From assembly GCA_951406725.2 (NCBI GenBank), contig OX597822.1, positions 92,628,001-92,692,000 of the forward strand: a stretch of DNA of 64,000 nucleotides, given 5' to 3'. Positions 29,398 to 44,261 of this stretch are shown here, in pieces. The number at the start of each line of letters is the position of its first letter. Positions within the stretch are counted from its first letter, which is position 1. The DNA comes from Octopus vulgaris. Lineage: Eukaryota. Below the pieces are notes generated by a model. That model had not been told where the DNA came from, did not search any database, and saw nothing but the letters and a program-made list of their open reading frames with translations. A program made the translations under genes and the position numbers.

Positions 29398-29450
<53 letters not shown>

Positions 29451-32400
29451 TAACAACATCGAAAAATACCTTAGGAATGAGAACCGAGGTTTGAAATTTC
29501 CTCAAGACACCTGATGAAGGCTGGAGGGTATATCAGCTGAAATGGTGTGTTAATGACAAACAAGATGAGGACAAATATTCGTTGAATGTAAATAATGTAA
29601 ATAATGATGCAATCTATATTTGTAACAATACAATACAAGAAAAAAAAGTTATATTTCCATGTAACATTAATGGAAATTTCAAAATCAATCATAAAATTCC
29701 CAATGAATTCCGACTGAACAATTTCGCTAACTTTAAAACTTGCATTAGTCAAATTATTTTCTGTGTAGGTTGATGTCATTGTCGTTGTCTCCATCATTTA
29801 ACATCCATTTTCCATGCTGGCATGGGTTGGCTGGTTTGATAGGAGCTGCACCAAGTTCCATTACCTGTTTTGGAATGGTTTCTATGGCTGGAGGCCCTTT
29901 CTTATAGCAACCACTTTACAGAATGTATTGGGTGCTTTTTTACATGGCACCAACACAAGTGCTTTTCACATGGCACCAGCACCAACAGGATCCCCTATTG
30001 TTGGAATCATTGAGTGCTCAACTGGTATTTATTTTATCGACCCCTGAGTGGACGAAAGGCAAAGTTGACCTTGTGTTGTAACCTAGTTACTCGTTGCCAT
30101 TTATTGCAGTATTGTCACAATTAATGACGATACTTGTTTACACTATACCCATGTAGTAACAATAAAACATATAACAAAGCAGGTTAATAACAATGTAATA
30201 ATGCAACAAACTCTCCATGAATTATACATGAACCAACAAACGATATTCCGACAAACTACCAAAACGACACCTTACGACTTCCTGCGATTAATGCCTACTC
30301 TCTCTCTGTCTCTCACTCAGACCACTACTATTTATAGTTGTTTGGTTAAGTTTATTCTCACTGGGGGTGTCTTGACTCTTGCTACAACACCTTGGGAGAT
30401 TTTGAACTCAGAATGTAAAGACAGGCAAATTGCTGCTAACCTTTTTGCCGAGGCAATGCTAACACTTCTGCCAGCTCACTACCTTCATTCAGTGAAAAAT
30501 ATTAATCTTAGTTTATTGAGGAAAAAATATAGAGGCTAATCTGCATTGCAGAGGTATGGTAATCTCAGTGACTAGGAATTTTTAAACTTTACAATGAAAA
30601 GGAATGCCATACAACATTTTAAACTTGTTGATAATTCTTAATTAAAGTTAAATATAGGCATAGGAGTGGCTGTGTGGTAAGTGGCTTGCTTACCAACCAC
30701 ATAGTTCAGGGTTCAGTCCCACTGCATGGCACCTTGGGCAAGTGTCTTCTACAAGGCTTTGGTCGGCCCGAGGCTATAGTAGAAGACACTTACCCAAGGT
30801 ACGACGCAGTGGGACTGAACCTGGAACCATGTGGTTCGTAAGCAAGCTACATACCACACAGCTACGCCTATGCCTAATAAAAACAAAAAAATCCAGGATG
30901 GTCACAGCTGGAACAGTTTTGATCCTTTATTTATCCAATCAGAGCTGGTCTGAGGCTAAACAAACTCTGCAACAACATTAGATTGTCCCATTTTCTCCCA
31001 TGCTTGCTTGCTTACTCCACTGATAGAATGTCAGTTCTGGTATTTCAAAAATTAACTGCACAAGCCTTGGAAATTGAAGCATTTTTTAACAATGGTCACA
31101 AAGCAAAATAAATATTAAAACAGTTTTTTGAAAATAATGTATTTTAAACAAATCATTTAGTTATTAAGTATGCAGCTTATGTCTATCAACAAGGCATACA
31201 CTGGGTGGTATTTGGGTTGTATTTAAATTGAAATCATTTATATGAAGTAAAAAATGCAATAGAAATATGTCCATACAATAACAGGAACATAGCAACACTA
31301 CTTATTTCTCATGTTGGGGGCAATAACAGAAATAGTGTAGCTGGTAGTGGATGAAAGAATTCAGATGGCTCAAAGTGATGATTTTCTGGGGGAGTGCCTT
31401 TGAGTCTGCTGTATAAGTGTGTACAGGCTGTGGAGCTGAGTGGTAAACTCAAGGGCTGCCCCAGGTAGCACACTCTCTAGCTACATCACTGTAAAAAGCA
31501 CCTGTGCTGGTGCCACGTAAAAAGTGGCTGTGCTGGTGCCATGGAAAAAGTGGCTGTGCTGGTGCCATGGAAAAAACACTGGTCTGGTGCCACATCAAAA
31601 ACACCCAGTACACTCTCTAAAGTGGTTAGTATTTTGAAAGGCATCCAGCCATAGAAAGCATGCTAAAACAGACAAGTGGAAGCTGATGCAGCTCTCCAGC
31701 TTGCCAGCTCCAGTTAAACTGTCCATCCCAAGCCAGCATGGAAAACAAGCAGTAAATGATGGCAATGATAAAAATAATAATAATTATGCAATACTAGTTC
31801 TAAATACCTTCAAATGCTGATCATATATTTTTGTTCTTTTATTGGTTTCAGTTATTTGACTGTGGCCATTCTGGGGCACTACCTTCAAGGACTTAGTTGT
31901 TTATATTAATGCCATTATTTTGTTTGGTATATATTTTATTGATTTCATAAGAGGCAAAGGGTAAAGTTGCTTAGGTGTGAAACAAGGTAACTGAGATGGA
32001 AACAAAAATCCTGCAAATTCTATTTTATTCAACACACCAATTCCATCAGCATGGCAATAAGCAGAAACACAATGCATATGTAAGTAGATGTACATGCATA
32101 TGCACTCACAGAAGTACGTGAGATTTTGCACAATTTCTGTTCACCAAAATTCACTTAGAAGTCTTTGATCAAACTAAGCTACGATAGAGGACATTTACTG
32201 AATGTGGTGCCCAGAGCGATCATACTGCAAACCTTATGCCTTCAAGGTTGATGAATATATGCATGTTGTTAAAATATGAGGCCTACCTTCCAGAGTAGGG
32301 AAAATAACATTTTTTATCTGCTAACTGGAAATTTCTCAATAAACAACAATGGCAGTATGTGCAAGAATTCACCAATTTTGATATTTTGTTCAAAGTTACA

Positions 32401-34123
32401 AATAGCTACAATAGAATGTTATACTTCTCTGGTAGACAGGGAACACAGCTTCTGGAACCAATGACAGGGTTTCTAATAGCAAACTCATCATCATCATCAT
32501 CATCATCATTTAACGTCCATTTTCCATGCTGGCATGGGTTGGACGGTTTTACTGGCATCCGGGAAGCCAGGAGGCCACACCAGGTGCCAATCTGATCTGG
32601 CAGTGTTTCTACAGCTGGATGCCCTTCCTAACACCAACCACTCCAAGGGTGTAGTGGGTACTTTTTACATGCAACAGGCTCAAGGGACCAGAGGAGCTGG
32701 CATTGACCATGACTGGATGGTGCTTTTTACATGCCACCGGCATGGAAGCCAGTCAAAGCGGCACTGGTATCGGCTACATTCAGATGGTGCTTTTTACATG
32801 CTACTGGCACAGGGTACAACTACAATTTCCATTTAATTTGATTTTCATATTGCTGATGTTGATGTACTTGTCTCAATAGGTCTCCTCAAGCATGGCATGT
32901 CACCCTATGATCCAAGGTACTTTTGAGTGAGGCTGATTTGCTGGTATAAAGGTATTACACTTAGTCAAACTGATTTTATAATTTTTACTCTATCATTTAG
33001 ATCCCACATATATTTCAATAGTGAAGTAATAAGAAATCATTCTGTATATCTGAATGTGTGCATATATTACAAGCACATTTTTTAAAAAAGATTCTTCAGC
33101 CCTATATGCTTTATTTGTTTCAGAGCCATTGCCAAAAGAGACCTTAATTTGATAAACTTATCCTGTAGAAAGTTACACATCATCAAGAGAGAAGCTATTA
33201 GGATTGTTACAATTGCATAGACAGAGTTTTACATATTTATACTAGAAAGGTTCCTAGTGTTTATACTGGCTATGGAAGCAGTGAAGCTTTTAAGGCAACT
33301 ACAACTCACTGTAACACAACTTTTATCGACAGACTTATGACATTTAAAGTCTATGGGAAATTCTTAAACAAATTATATATGCATTCTACTCTATGCATCA
33401 AGTACTTTTTTACCATCTTGTAAATGCATCAATATGCACACACACACACACACATTTACGTTCATTCATTTATTCATTTTGTCCATTTTCCAGCATTGAA
33501 TTTTGTCTATTTTCTAGCATAGGTTAACTAAAAATTTTGTGGTACTGTTTTACAGCCAGATGCCCTCCCAATCATTAAGTCTTATCCGTTTTTCAAGTAA
33601 GGGGTCCCTTATTTCATATGTCTTTAAAGGGGCAAAGCCAGCAGATGACTCGCTGACAGGATAGGGGGAATGACATCACTGGTTGTAGCTGAGTGATTTT
33701 TAGAGAAGTGCTGATGTCAGCAAATACTTACACACACTCATACATATATGCGCCTATTTACTCATATACTTACACCCACCCCCACACATCATGTGATTGT
33801 GCAGATTATCAGATGTTGTTATACCATGCTGGTCACAATGTGACTTGCATCATTTTAGCTTTCAAATGATACCACCACACTGGCTAGGCAAGCAGGCTAA
33901 TGTTCCCCCAAGATCGGAAGGCTATTCAGTTACAGGGGTGACCCATTTACAGCTGAGTGGACTAGGACAACATGAAATAAAGTGTTTTGCTCAAGAACAC
34001 AATGTGCAGCTGGTTTGGGAGTGAAAACCACAATCTGATGATCGTGAGTGCAATGCACCTAATCACTAGGCCATGTGCCTTCTCACACACACACACACAT
34101 AGGGAGAAAGAATGAGAGAGTGG

Positions 34124-34264
<141 letters not shown>

Positions 34265-34992
34265 CGAGAGAGAGAGAGAGAGAGCGAAAGGCCTGACTGC
34301 TTGAATAAAAAGTTCACTTCCCAACCACATGGTTCCAGGTTCAGTCCTACTTCTTGTCCCATTGAGTATGTGTCGTCTACTATAGTACTATTGCCCTGGG
34401 CCAATCAAAGCCTTGTGATGACAGAAACTGAAAGAAGCCCATTCAGTTTTCTATCTACCAAATCCACTGACAACTCACAAGTTTTTGGTTGGCTAAGGGG
34501 TTTAGTGGAAACTTACTGGAAGTGCTGCACAGTGGGACCGATACCTAAGTTGGAGTGATTTTTACTAATTTAAATTTATTTATATAATGATAGTTATTTA
34601 TATTTTGTTTTGTTGTATGTTTGGACTAAAATAGATGTGTAACCTTTTGTTCACCAGGCAGGTTAAGACAAGCTGAGGGTGAAATATTAGTCATCATTCT
34701 TTCAATGGATGTGATTTAAATGAAGGCTTTCTTTGCACAAATCAGACAATGCAGCAAAATGTCCACTGTTTCATTTCTACTCTCCAAGTGTTTTCATATC
34801 CCACAATGCTTTTCTATCACTTCAGAACATCAGACAATATTGGCATCAAAGAATATGGTTTTTTTTTATTGTAATTTATAAAGGAAAACAATTTTTATTT
34901 TTATTTTTCACTTTACGAATAATCTCAAGCCAATTAGAGAGCTTGAGAAATGGTGAGCAGTGGGGGAGAGGCAGAGACAGAAAAACAGAGTG

Positions 34993-35045
<53 letters not shown>

Positions 35046-35305
35046 AAGAGGGGAGAGAGAAGGAGAAGGAAAGAGAGGGATGAGAGAGAGGGGGAGGGAA
35101 GGAGAAGGAGGGAGATGGATGAGAGAGGGAGAGAGGAAGAGAATCATGCAAAGAGAAGAGAGAGAAAAAGACAGGTAAAAACAGTGAGAGACAGGGAGCA
35201 AATAAATTGAGAAAGATAAAGAGAGAGAGGAGGGAGAGAGGGGGAGAGAGAAAGGAAGAGATTATAAAGAGACTGACAAACAGAGAAAGAGAGAGAAAGT
35301 GATAC

Positions 35306-35372
35306 CTCTTTTAACTGATGAAATATAAACTGTCTGGATATTTTCAAGACTGTCATCTGTCAAAGATTCCAT
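35306..35372 (-). CDS. Putative first coding exon of TM-ankyrin repeat gene (MESLTDDSLENIQTVYISSVKR)
   Basis: Acceptor cttttctatttctcatag (exon starts 35393), in-frame upstream TAA, aacATGG start, donor AGAG|gtatca; phase 1 end joins in frame to the exon starting at 28271 (G+TC = Val). Confidence 0.55.
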
Positions 35373-35736
35373 GTTGCTTAATTAAACCAATCTCTATGAG
35401 AAATAGAAAAGAAGCAGACTTCTTTATAAATTACGCACAACTTTTCCACAAACAAACACACACACACACACACATTTAGCTATATGTTCTTTATACAGAA
35501 GACACGCTTGGAAAATTTTCATATGTATGTTTCCCTGGTTATCATCATCATCATCATTATCATCATCAATGTGATCTGGCAAACTTTCTACAGCTGGATG
35601 CCCTTGCTAACCCCAACCACTCAAAGAGTGTAGTGGGTGCTTTTACATGCCCAAGGTGCCACACAGTGGGAGTGAACTCAGAACCATATAGTTGGTAAGC
35701 AAGCTACTTATCACACAGCCACTCTTGCACACACAG

Positions 35737-35801
<65 letters not shown>

Positions 35802-37339
35802 TATATATAATTTTTGTCTCTTTTTATGGAAACAAAAGGGTTTGTAGGACTGCAAGAAAGAAGTGCTCAAATGTAATTGAGACAGATGTATATATGATCA
35901 TATATTTGGAGGTATGTTGTTCACTCAAATTTGATGCTTGTTCTATGATCAATGTTTCTTTATATCATCATCATCATTGTCGTTTAAATGGATGTTAAAC
36001 GATGATGATGATGATGATGATATACACACACACACACATATGTATGTGTATATGTTTGTGTGTCTGTGTTTGCCCCACTGTCACTTGACAACCAATGTTG
36101 GCGTGTTTATGTCCCCGTAACTTATCGATTCTGCAAAAGTGACCGATAGAATAAGTACTAGGCTTACAAAGTATAAGTCGTGGGGTTGATTTGTTTGACT
36201 AAAATGGTGGTGCTCCAGCATGGCCGCAGTCAAAATGACTGAAACCACTAAAAGATTAAAAGAACCTCTCTATTTAAGACCTGTTGCTGGAAAATTGTGC
36301 AGTTCCTTTTGGATTAATATCCCTGGTCCTTAGTAACGAAATACTTTCTGAGAAGTTTCTTTCTAACTCATGATGTCATCAGCCTCACATGTATTTTATC
36401 TTTTATCTTTTACTTGTTTCAGTCATGAGACTGCGGTCACTTTTGCCAAATCTCTAAGTTACTGGTTGTCAAGTGGTGGTGATGGAGAACAAACAAAGAC
36501 ATGAATACACACACACACACATTCAGGTTTTGTCAAGTAAATTCACTTACAAGGTTTTTGTTGGCCCAAGACTATAGTAGAAGACACTGACCCAAGTTGC
36601 CATGCAGTGGGACTGAACCATGTGGTTTGGAAGTAAACTTCTTAACCATACAACCATGCTTGCCCCTCGGAAGATTTAGTCTATGGATGGACTTCAACAT
36701 TTGGGGGTTAGGAGATGTTGTCGAAAGGATATGCTGCAACTTTCAACACACCGTTTCAATTGCTACTGTGTTTTTATCTTACATAGAGACAACTAATATC
36801 ATTATTGATGAAGAAATTTCTGGAATGGTTTAACAACTTTAGCATCAACAGGTCAGATCTCTCATCTATCACCCAATCAATCAGACCAAATTGCAGTATA
36901 AGTGTTTATTGATACAATAAACACATTGTGGGTTATTGATATGTATGCATGTCATTGTTCAATTTTATTTCAAGATTTCTTGCCAATAGAGAAAGAGCTG
37001 GTTTCTAATCTAGATCCAAGGCTCCTTCATTGGAATTTCAACATCAAAAACAGGGTATTTTTGTATGTATGTATCTATTTTTCAATTATGATAAATCTTC
37101 CACTGAGGAGGGAGCCGGTTTCCAACAAAGATACAAGGCTCCATTTTTGGGATGTAGTTAAGACAGACAAATTCACATTTGGAACTTGAAAAAAGTTTTG
37201 CATATTTTTACTGTTCCACTCACAAATTGGACTTGTAGTGTACGAATCAGCCGGTCAATTTCTCTTTCTGAAAATCCCAATTTATCTAGATTCTCCTTTA
37301 AGCATTTACTAACAAAATCTAGTGCTCTAATTATTATTG

Positions 37340-37784
<445 letters not shown>

Positions 37785-37978
37785 TAAAAAGCACCCACTA
37801 CACTCATGGAGTGGTTGGTGTTAGGAGGGGCATCCAGCTGTAGAAACACTGCCAGATCAGACTGGAGCCTGGTGCAGCCTCCTGGCTTCCCAGACCCCAG
37901 TTGAACCATCCAACCCATTCTGGCATGGAAAACGGACGTTAAACGATGAAGATGATGATGATGATGATATATATATAT

Positions 37979-38302
<324 letters not shown>

Positions 38303-38315
38303 GATAGATAGATAG

Positions 38316-38348
<33 letters not shown>

Positions 38349-38384
38349 TGTATGTATGTATGTATGTATGTATGTATGTATGCA

Positions 38385-38415
<31 letters not shown>

Positions 38416-38617
38416 TTGGATGGATGGATTGCCAGATAGATGGATGGATATGCTTGTATATTGATGCGAAAGCTAGAGTGTGTGTGTGTGTTGAAGGCAC
38501 GAATCGACTCCAGTGCTTATTTTTATTCCTGTTTCTAATTTTAACGACTCCTTTTTGTTGAACCGCTAAGTCTCAGGAACGTAAACAAATCAACACTGGT
38601 TGTCAAGCGGTGTTAGG

Positions 38618-38667
<50 letters not shown>

Positions 38668-38810
38668 TATACATACACATTATACACACACATGTATTAT
38701 ACTATATATACACTCACGCATGCACGCACACACATATAGACATGCATAAATGTAAGGTATACACGTTGCATTATTTAGGCATAACGAACACAACCGAGTA
38801 AAGAGATAAA

Positions 38811-39180
38811 TCTCTCTCTATATAAAGCTGAAGTTGTCTGTGTATGACAAGTTTGGTAGCCTTCAACTAACACTATCTCCTCCGAGACCCTGCGGCGCAA
38901 GCTGACCAAACTTGAGAGTATGATAGAAGAAGGCTTGTTCTTCCTTCCGGATAAGAAAAAAAGAAAAAATTCAAATCGGACCATGTTAACACCAAAAATT
39001 ATTTACATCAAAAAGGTGCTTTTTTTTTATGAAAATCCCTGCCATTTTTCAGTGTATTTCAACCAGAAAAAATTCATTTAAAGAGAATAATAAGCTACAT
39101 AATGCAAAACTTTTACTTTTCAAAAATTCCAATTCCAAAGGGTCGAAACAAACCCGAGCAACGCCGGGCGATACTGCAAG
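38811..39180 (+). mobile_element. Non-autonomous Helitron
   Basis: A|TC 5' end, subterminal hairpin cccgagcaacgccggg, CAAG (CTAG-like) end followed by T. Confidence 0.65.
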
Positions 39181-39400
39181 TTAGCTTTAAAGTGTGTTTT
39201 CTTTTTCCTGTGAAGAAATACTTGGTAAAATAACTGAAAATTATGACTCTCTTATAACAGAGAAAATATGAATGAAAAGTTAAATATTTCATTAGAAATA
39301 CTTAAATTTTCATTCAAATTTTCCCAGACAAATAGTACCTAATATTAATAATAGTGAATTTCCGACATCAGAAGTCCGATGTACGTAGCTCATAATGTTA

Positions 39401-39620
39401 ACTTACAACATGCATTATAGTCTTTCATATCGGGACAAATAATCAGAAATAAGATAAACAATTTGCTATGAGATAAAGATACGTGACCTTGGGATACTCT
39501 AAACGAAATCTGTGGACGGAGAAAATGTTTGAAGTTAGAAGAAATCTGAGCGATTCAATCAATGTGTTAATGGCAGGCAGGACTGTTGGTTAAAATGGTT
39601 GAATAGCAGACGACAGTTGT
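39401..39620 (-). promoter_or_regulatory. Candidate non-coding first exon / TSS region of the ankyrin gene
   Basis: gtaagt donor at 39401-39406 (minus), unique CpG-containing sequence, TGTCGTCTGC motif near 39605-39614, close to the CpG-poor to CpG-retaining transition. Confidence 0.3.
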
Positions 39621-39919
39621 GTGGGATAGATAAAGAGGGAGAAAGAATAGAAAGAGAGAAAAAGAGAAAGGGGATAGAGAGATAGAAGGAGGGGGAGATA
39701 TATACATATAAGGGGAGAGTTAGATAGATAGATAGATAGATAGATACAGAGCGAGAGAGAGAGAGAGAGAGAGTGAGAGAAAATAGAGTAAAGGTTAGAA
39801 GGATAAACAGGGAGAGTTAACAACGAGTAGGACAAATAGATATAAATATAGATATAGATGCAAACGTACACATAGATACGAATATACATACACAACATAT
39901 GCATACACATACGCACGTC

Positions 39920-39957
<38 letters not shown>

Positions 39958-40087
39958 TTTCTCTCACACACGAACACATTTGTATGTCTGGCTATCTCTA
40001 TATCTCTAAGTATGTACGTATCTAAGTGTGTGTACATGCGTATATACACATATATTATATAATATGACATTATATACATACATGCAT

Positions 40088-40131
<44 letters not shown>

Positions 40132-40218
40132 CGACTGATATGAAATATCATTAATGTCTTTTCCAGGTGGTGCTATTTATTTAGACATGGACTAGGTAAA
40201 TTCTACCCGAAACTTAAG

Positions 40219-40254
<36 letters not shown>

Positions 40255-40282
40255 TGTATGTATGTATGTATGTATGTATGTA

Positions 40283-40369
<87 letters not shown>

Positions 40370-40851
40370 GTATATATATGTATATATATATATGTATATA
40401 TATCTATATATATATATATATGTGTGTATATATATGTATACATATATATATATATATATATATCATCACCATCATCGTTTAACGTCCGTTTTCCATGCTA
40501 GCATGGGTTGGACGGTTCGACTGGCGTCTGGGAAGCCAGGAGGCTGCTCTAGGCTCCAATCTGATCTGGCAGTGTTTGTACAGCTGGATGCCCTTCCTAA
40601 CGCCAACCACATTTTCTAATAAAATTTTCTACAAATACCTTTTAGGTTACAATTATAGCGAAATTTTGCATTGGAAAAAAAAAAATTGGGGCTCTCACAC
40701 AAACGTACTGGTACATCACACACACACATTTCTATAAAATGATACACGGGATTTTGAAAGAAAATGTTATGTGTCGCAGTATGTATATGTGCATGCTTTT
40801 TACGTGCCACCGGCACAGGGGCCAGAGGAGGCTGGCAATGGTCAAGAGGTT

Positions 40852-40975
<124 letters not shown>

Positions 40976-41299
40976 TAGATAAACGCATATGTACACAACT
41001 GTGCCTCTAGATTTTGTTTCCTCACAACTTTCAGAAAATTTTTTTAATGAAATTTTCTAGAAATATCTTTCGGATGGTGTAGAGTTCGATTATATTGGAA
41101 TTTAATGTGAATTTTTTTTTTCCGAGGACGGGGAGAAGTGTTTAAAAAAATTCACACGGACTGGCTTTGTTTTCTCATAATTTTCATAAAAATAAATATT
41201 TTCTAATTAAATTTTCTACAAATACCTTTTAGGTTATAATTATAGCGAAATTTTGAATTGGAAAAAAAATTTGGGCTTGCACACAAACGTACTGGTACA

Positions 41300-41393
<94 letters not shown>

Positions 41394-43162
41394 ACACACA
41401 CACACATACACACACACACATAAAATGATACACGGGATTTTGAAAGAAAATGTTATGTGTCTCAGTATGTATATGTGCATGCTAGATGTGGAGGTCTTCA
41501 AAGAACGTTTGGACAAATCTTTATCTAATAATAATAATATAATTGTAGTGGATTTTGCAAGCATGAAGTGGATTCGATCCACCACAGCCAAATTTAAATT
41601 AACACTGCAACAGAACGTTTCCCACGATGGAACAATGGTTTTTCTCTGACAGCAGTTTTACATTTTCCAGATGCCTTCACCACTTGACTCTTTCTAACCT
41701 CTTCTACTTCACCAAAAGCTAGAATATAGATAACAAGACCACCAACTAAATCTATTGTTCTCAATGATATATCTATCCTCCTGGATAGTTATATAAACCA
41801 GCACATCCCAAGCAAAAATGAGCTCGTCACAGTCGTGACGACTTAACGGAGTTAGTCACCTTGGTGACAAACTCGTGAGTTGAGAGAGAGCTAACATCAG
41901 TTTGTGAACCGACCACTATAATAATGGAAGCAGGCAGACAAAACAGCCAGAGAGAAAAAAGGAAGACAACGTCCCACACTCTCTCACTCTCTCTAGCTCT
42001 AATTCTGTTCTCTTACAACATCATCCTATTACTAGGATTATTACTACTAAACAATGAAGAGGACACAAACACAAACTTTACTTCGCATGCTTTTGGATTT
42101 ATTACAACCTGCCCGTCGAGGTATGGTGTTTTTCAACGTAACGGTAAATAAATATTTCTTTAAAACTTCATGCATTGTTCATCTTTCTCATCCTACAGTA
42201 AACAACAACAAAACTTTTATCATTACAACTGCAATTCTCTGGATATGACCAGGAAGATATGGTTCGAGTATATAGCAAAACAAATACAAATAACAAAAAG
42301 CAACAAAAGTACAAGGAACGTTTATACTTAATGCAATTAGGATGAAGAAATAACAGTTATAAAGTTATAGGTATAACGTTTCGGACATAGTCCTTTTTCG
42401 AAACGAAAAAGATAACACCCAAAACATGTAGTTGGAGTGACATACTGTTGTGTTTGTGTGTGTGTGTGAACTTTTAGAAGGTTCGGCTTGATCACCTTCA
42501 TGAGATGGTCACTGTCATTGAAACCCTTTCCATGTGAAAATGACTAAACACGTACTGAGTAATCCTTTATACTAATGCTTTCGTAATACGCATGAGAAAC
42601 CACTTCAGTGTAGAAGCTTTCAAAAAAACAAACAGAAAAAAGATCGGATCTGGTGTGCGAAACCGAAAAGAACCGCAATAAAGACAATAAAAGGAAAAGA
42701 AGAGAAAAAAAATGAAGCCAACAATGCTTGAAAGAACAAGTTCGTCGAACAACCTGTTCCAGTCATAAAGTAATAGAAAAAAATTGACAGAAAAGACAAA
42801 TAAAACAGCAACAGCAAAAAGATTTTCAGTTCCTGATGGTAAATACACTTTTGGTATTAGCAGGCATGGTAAATCAAAGGCAGTTTTGAGCCCTTTTTAA
42901 ACCTATGTCTCTTGGGGATCTTCCTCTTTCGCCTCCTTACTCTGTCACTGACACCCCACTCACACACATAAATATTTTAAATAGAACGTTGTGGTATTTA
43001 AGTGTTGCCATTACAGAAATTGTATCAACGTCACGAATTGTCAAATATTTGTTTTATTATGTGAATTATTATTATTTATGGTATTTAAACAACGTGGGAC
43101 ATTGTTTACTGAGCCAAAATGATGACTTTTCCTGCGACAGATTTCCGGTCACGTACATGCGC

Positions 43163-43197
<35 letters not shown>

Positions 43198-43393
43198 CGT
43201 GTGTGAGTGTGTGTTTGGTCGGTCATGCGTGCTGTTGGTAACATGTAATCTGTTATATGGTCAGGTGATCGGCGACTAAACTGGCCATCCTGATTAGTGT
43301 AAGATGAGTTCTAGACATCCTGGCGGATAAAAAAGGAGGTCCGTCAAAGGACAGGTGAATTAAAGAGAGTCAGCGACCATCCAATTGCCTGTT

Positions 43394-43452
<59 letters not shown>

Positions 43453-43718
43453 CATACATACGTACGTCTGAGTTTTCCAGCAGCGGAGTGGTTACGCTGG
43501 TTTTTTAAAATCTTTTCCAAGTTATTTCGCATCAAAATCACGTGTAAACGGTTCCTTTCCCCAGAAAAGGAAATATTTGGCTGCTATTTCTTGCACGCCC
43601 TGCTACCACGTAACAGGTATTTCGGGTCCTTTATCACAAATAGCTGTTACGTACGTACGCACGTACGTATACAGAGAGTAAAAGCGACTAATGTACTTTC
43701 TCCAAATCCAATCTGTTA

Positions 43719-44261
43719 GCTTTTGCTAAGCTGGGTACGATCAGATGGACGGGAGGACAGGTGGACGAGTACGCGGCAGAAGTTCGAAGGTTAGCGACGC
43801 TGGCTGTGTTTATAGGAGAAGGGCTGGAGAGAGCAGCGCGACTGGCGTTTGTAAATGGGTTCCCCGACGATGTAGGGATTCACCTACAACGATTGCCCGG
43901 GATTAAAAAGATGGCGCTGAGCGAACTTGTGACTCAAACCCGCGTGTTGACGCGACACTCTGGGCGGAAGGCGATAGCGATGGCGGTGACGGAGGTGCGT
44001 AAAGACGGACGACGACCGGAGAAAGACGTACAGAAGCCTACCATGCAACGACAGCGGCCGTTCTCAGGTCGGTGTTTTAGATGTCAGGGGTCGCATATGG
44101 CGCGGGACTGTACGCAACCGGGGCTCGTTTGCTATCGATGCAGGCAGACAGGGCACATCGCCCGTGATTGCGACCAGGGAAACGACCGCGGGGAAGTTTC
44201 TGCTCTCGAACTTTCCCCGCAAACGAGTAGAGGCGCTATTGGAGACGCTGCCATTAATTGA
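43719..44261 (+). pseudogene. gag: Gypsy gag C-terminal part with two CCHC zinc knuckles
   Basis: CFRCQGSHMARDC and CYRCRQTGHIARDC; N-terminus missing. Confidence 0.9.
44177..44220 (+). promoter_or_regulatory. -1 programmed ribosomal frameshift signal (G GGA AAC plus stem-loop)
   Basis: X XXY YYZ heptamer in gag phase at 44177-44183; hairpin GCGGGGAAGTT (44188-44198) / AACTTTCCCCGC (44209-44220). Confidence 0.8.

Noticed and set aside
31495-31600. CRISPR-like array of about 26-bp repeats
   Set aside because: Adjacent tandem units without unique spacers, inside a family C SINE in eukaryotic DNA.
44199-44231. H-type pseudoknot (UCUGCUC with GAGUAGA) at the frameshift site
   Set aside because: Pairing is possible, but a 4-nt linker cannot plausibly span a 12-bp stem; only the simple hairpin is called.
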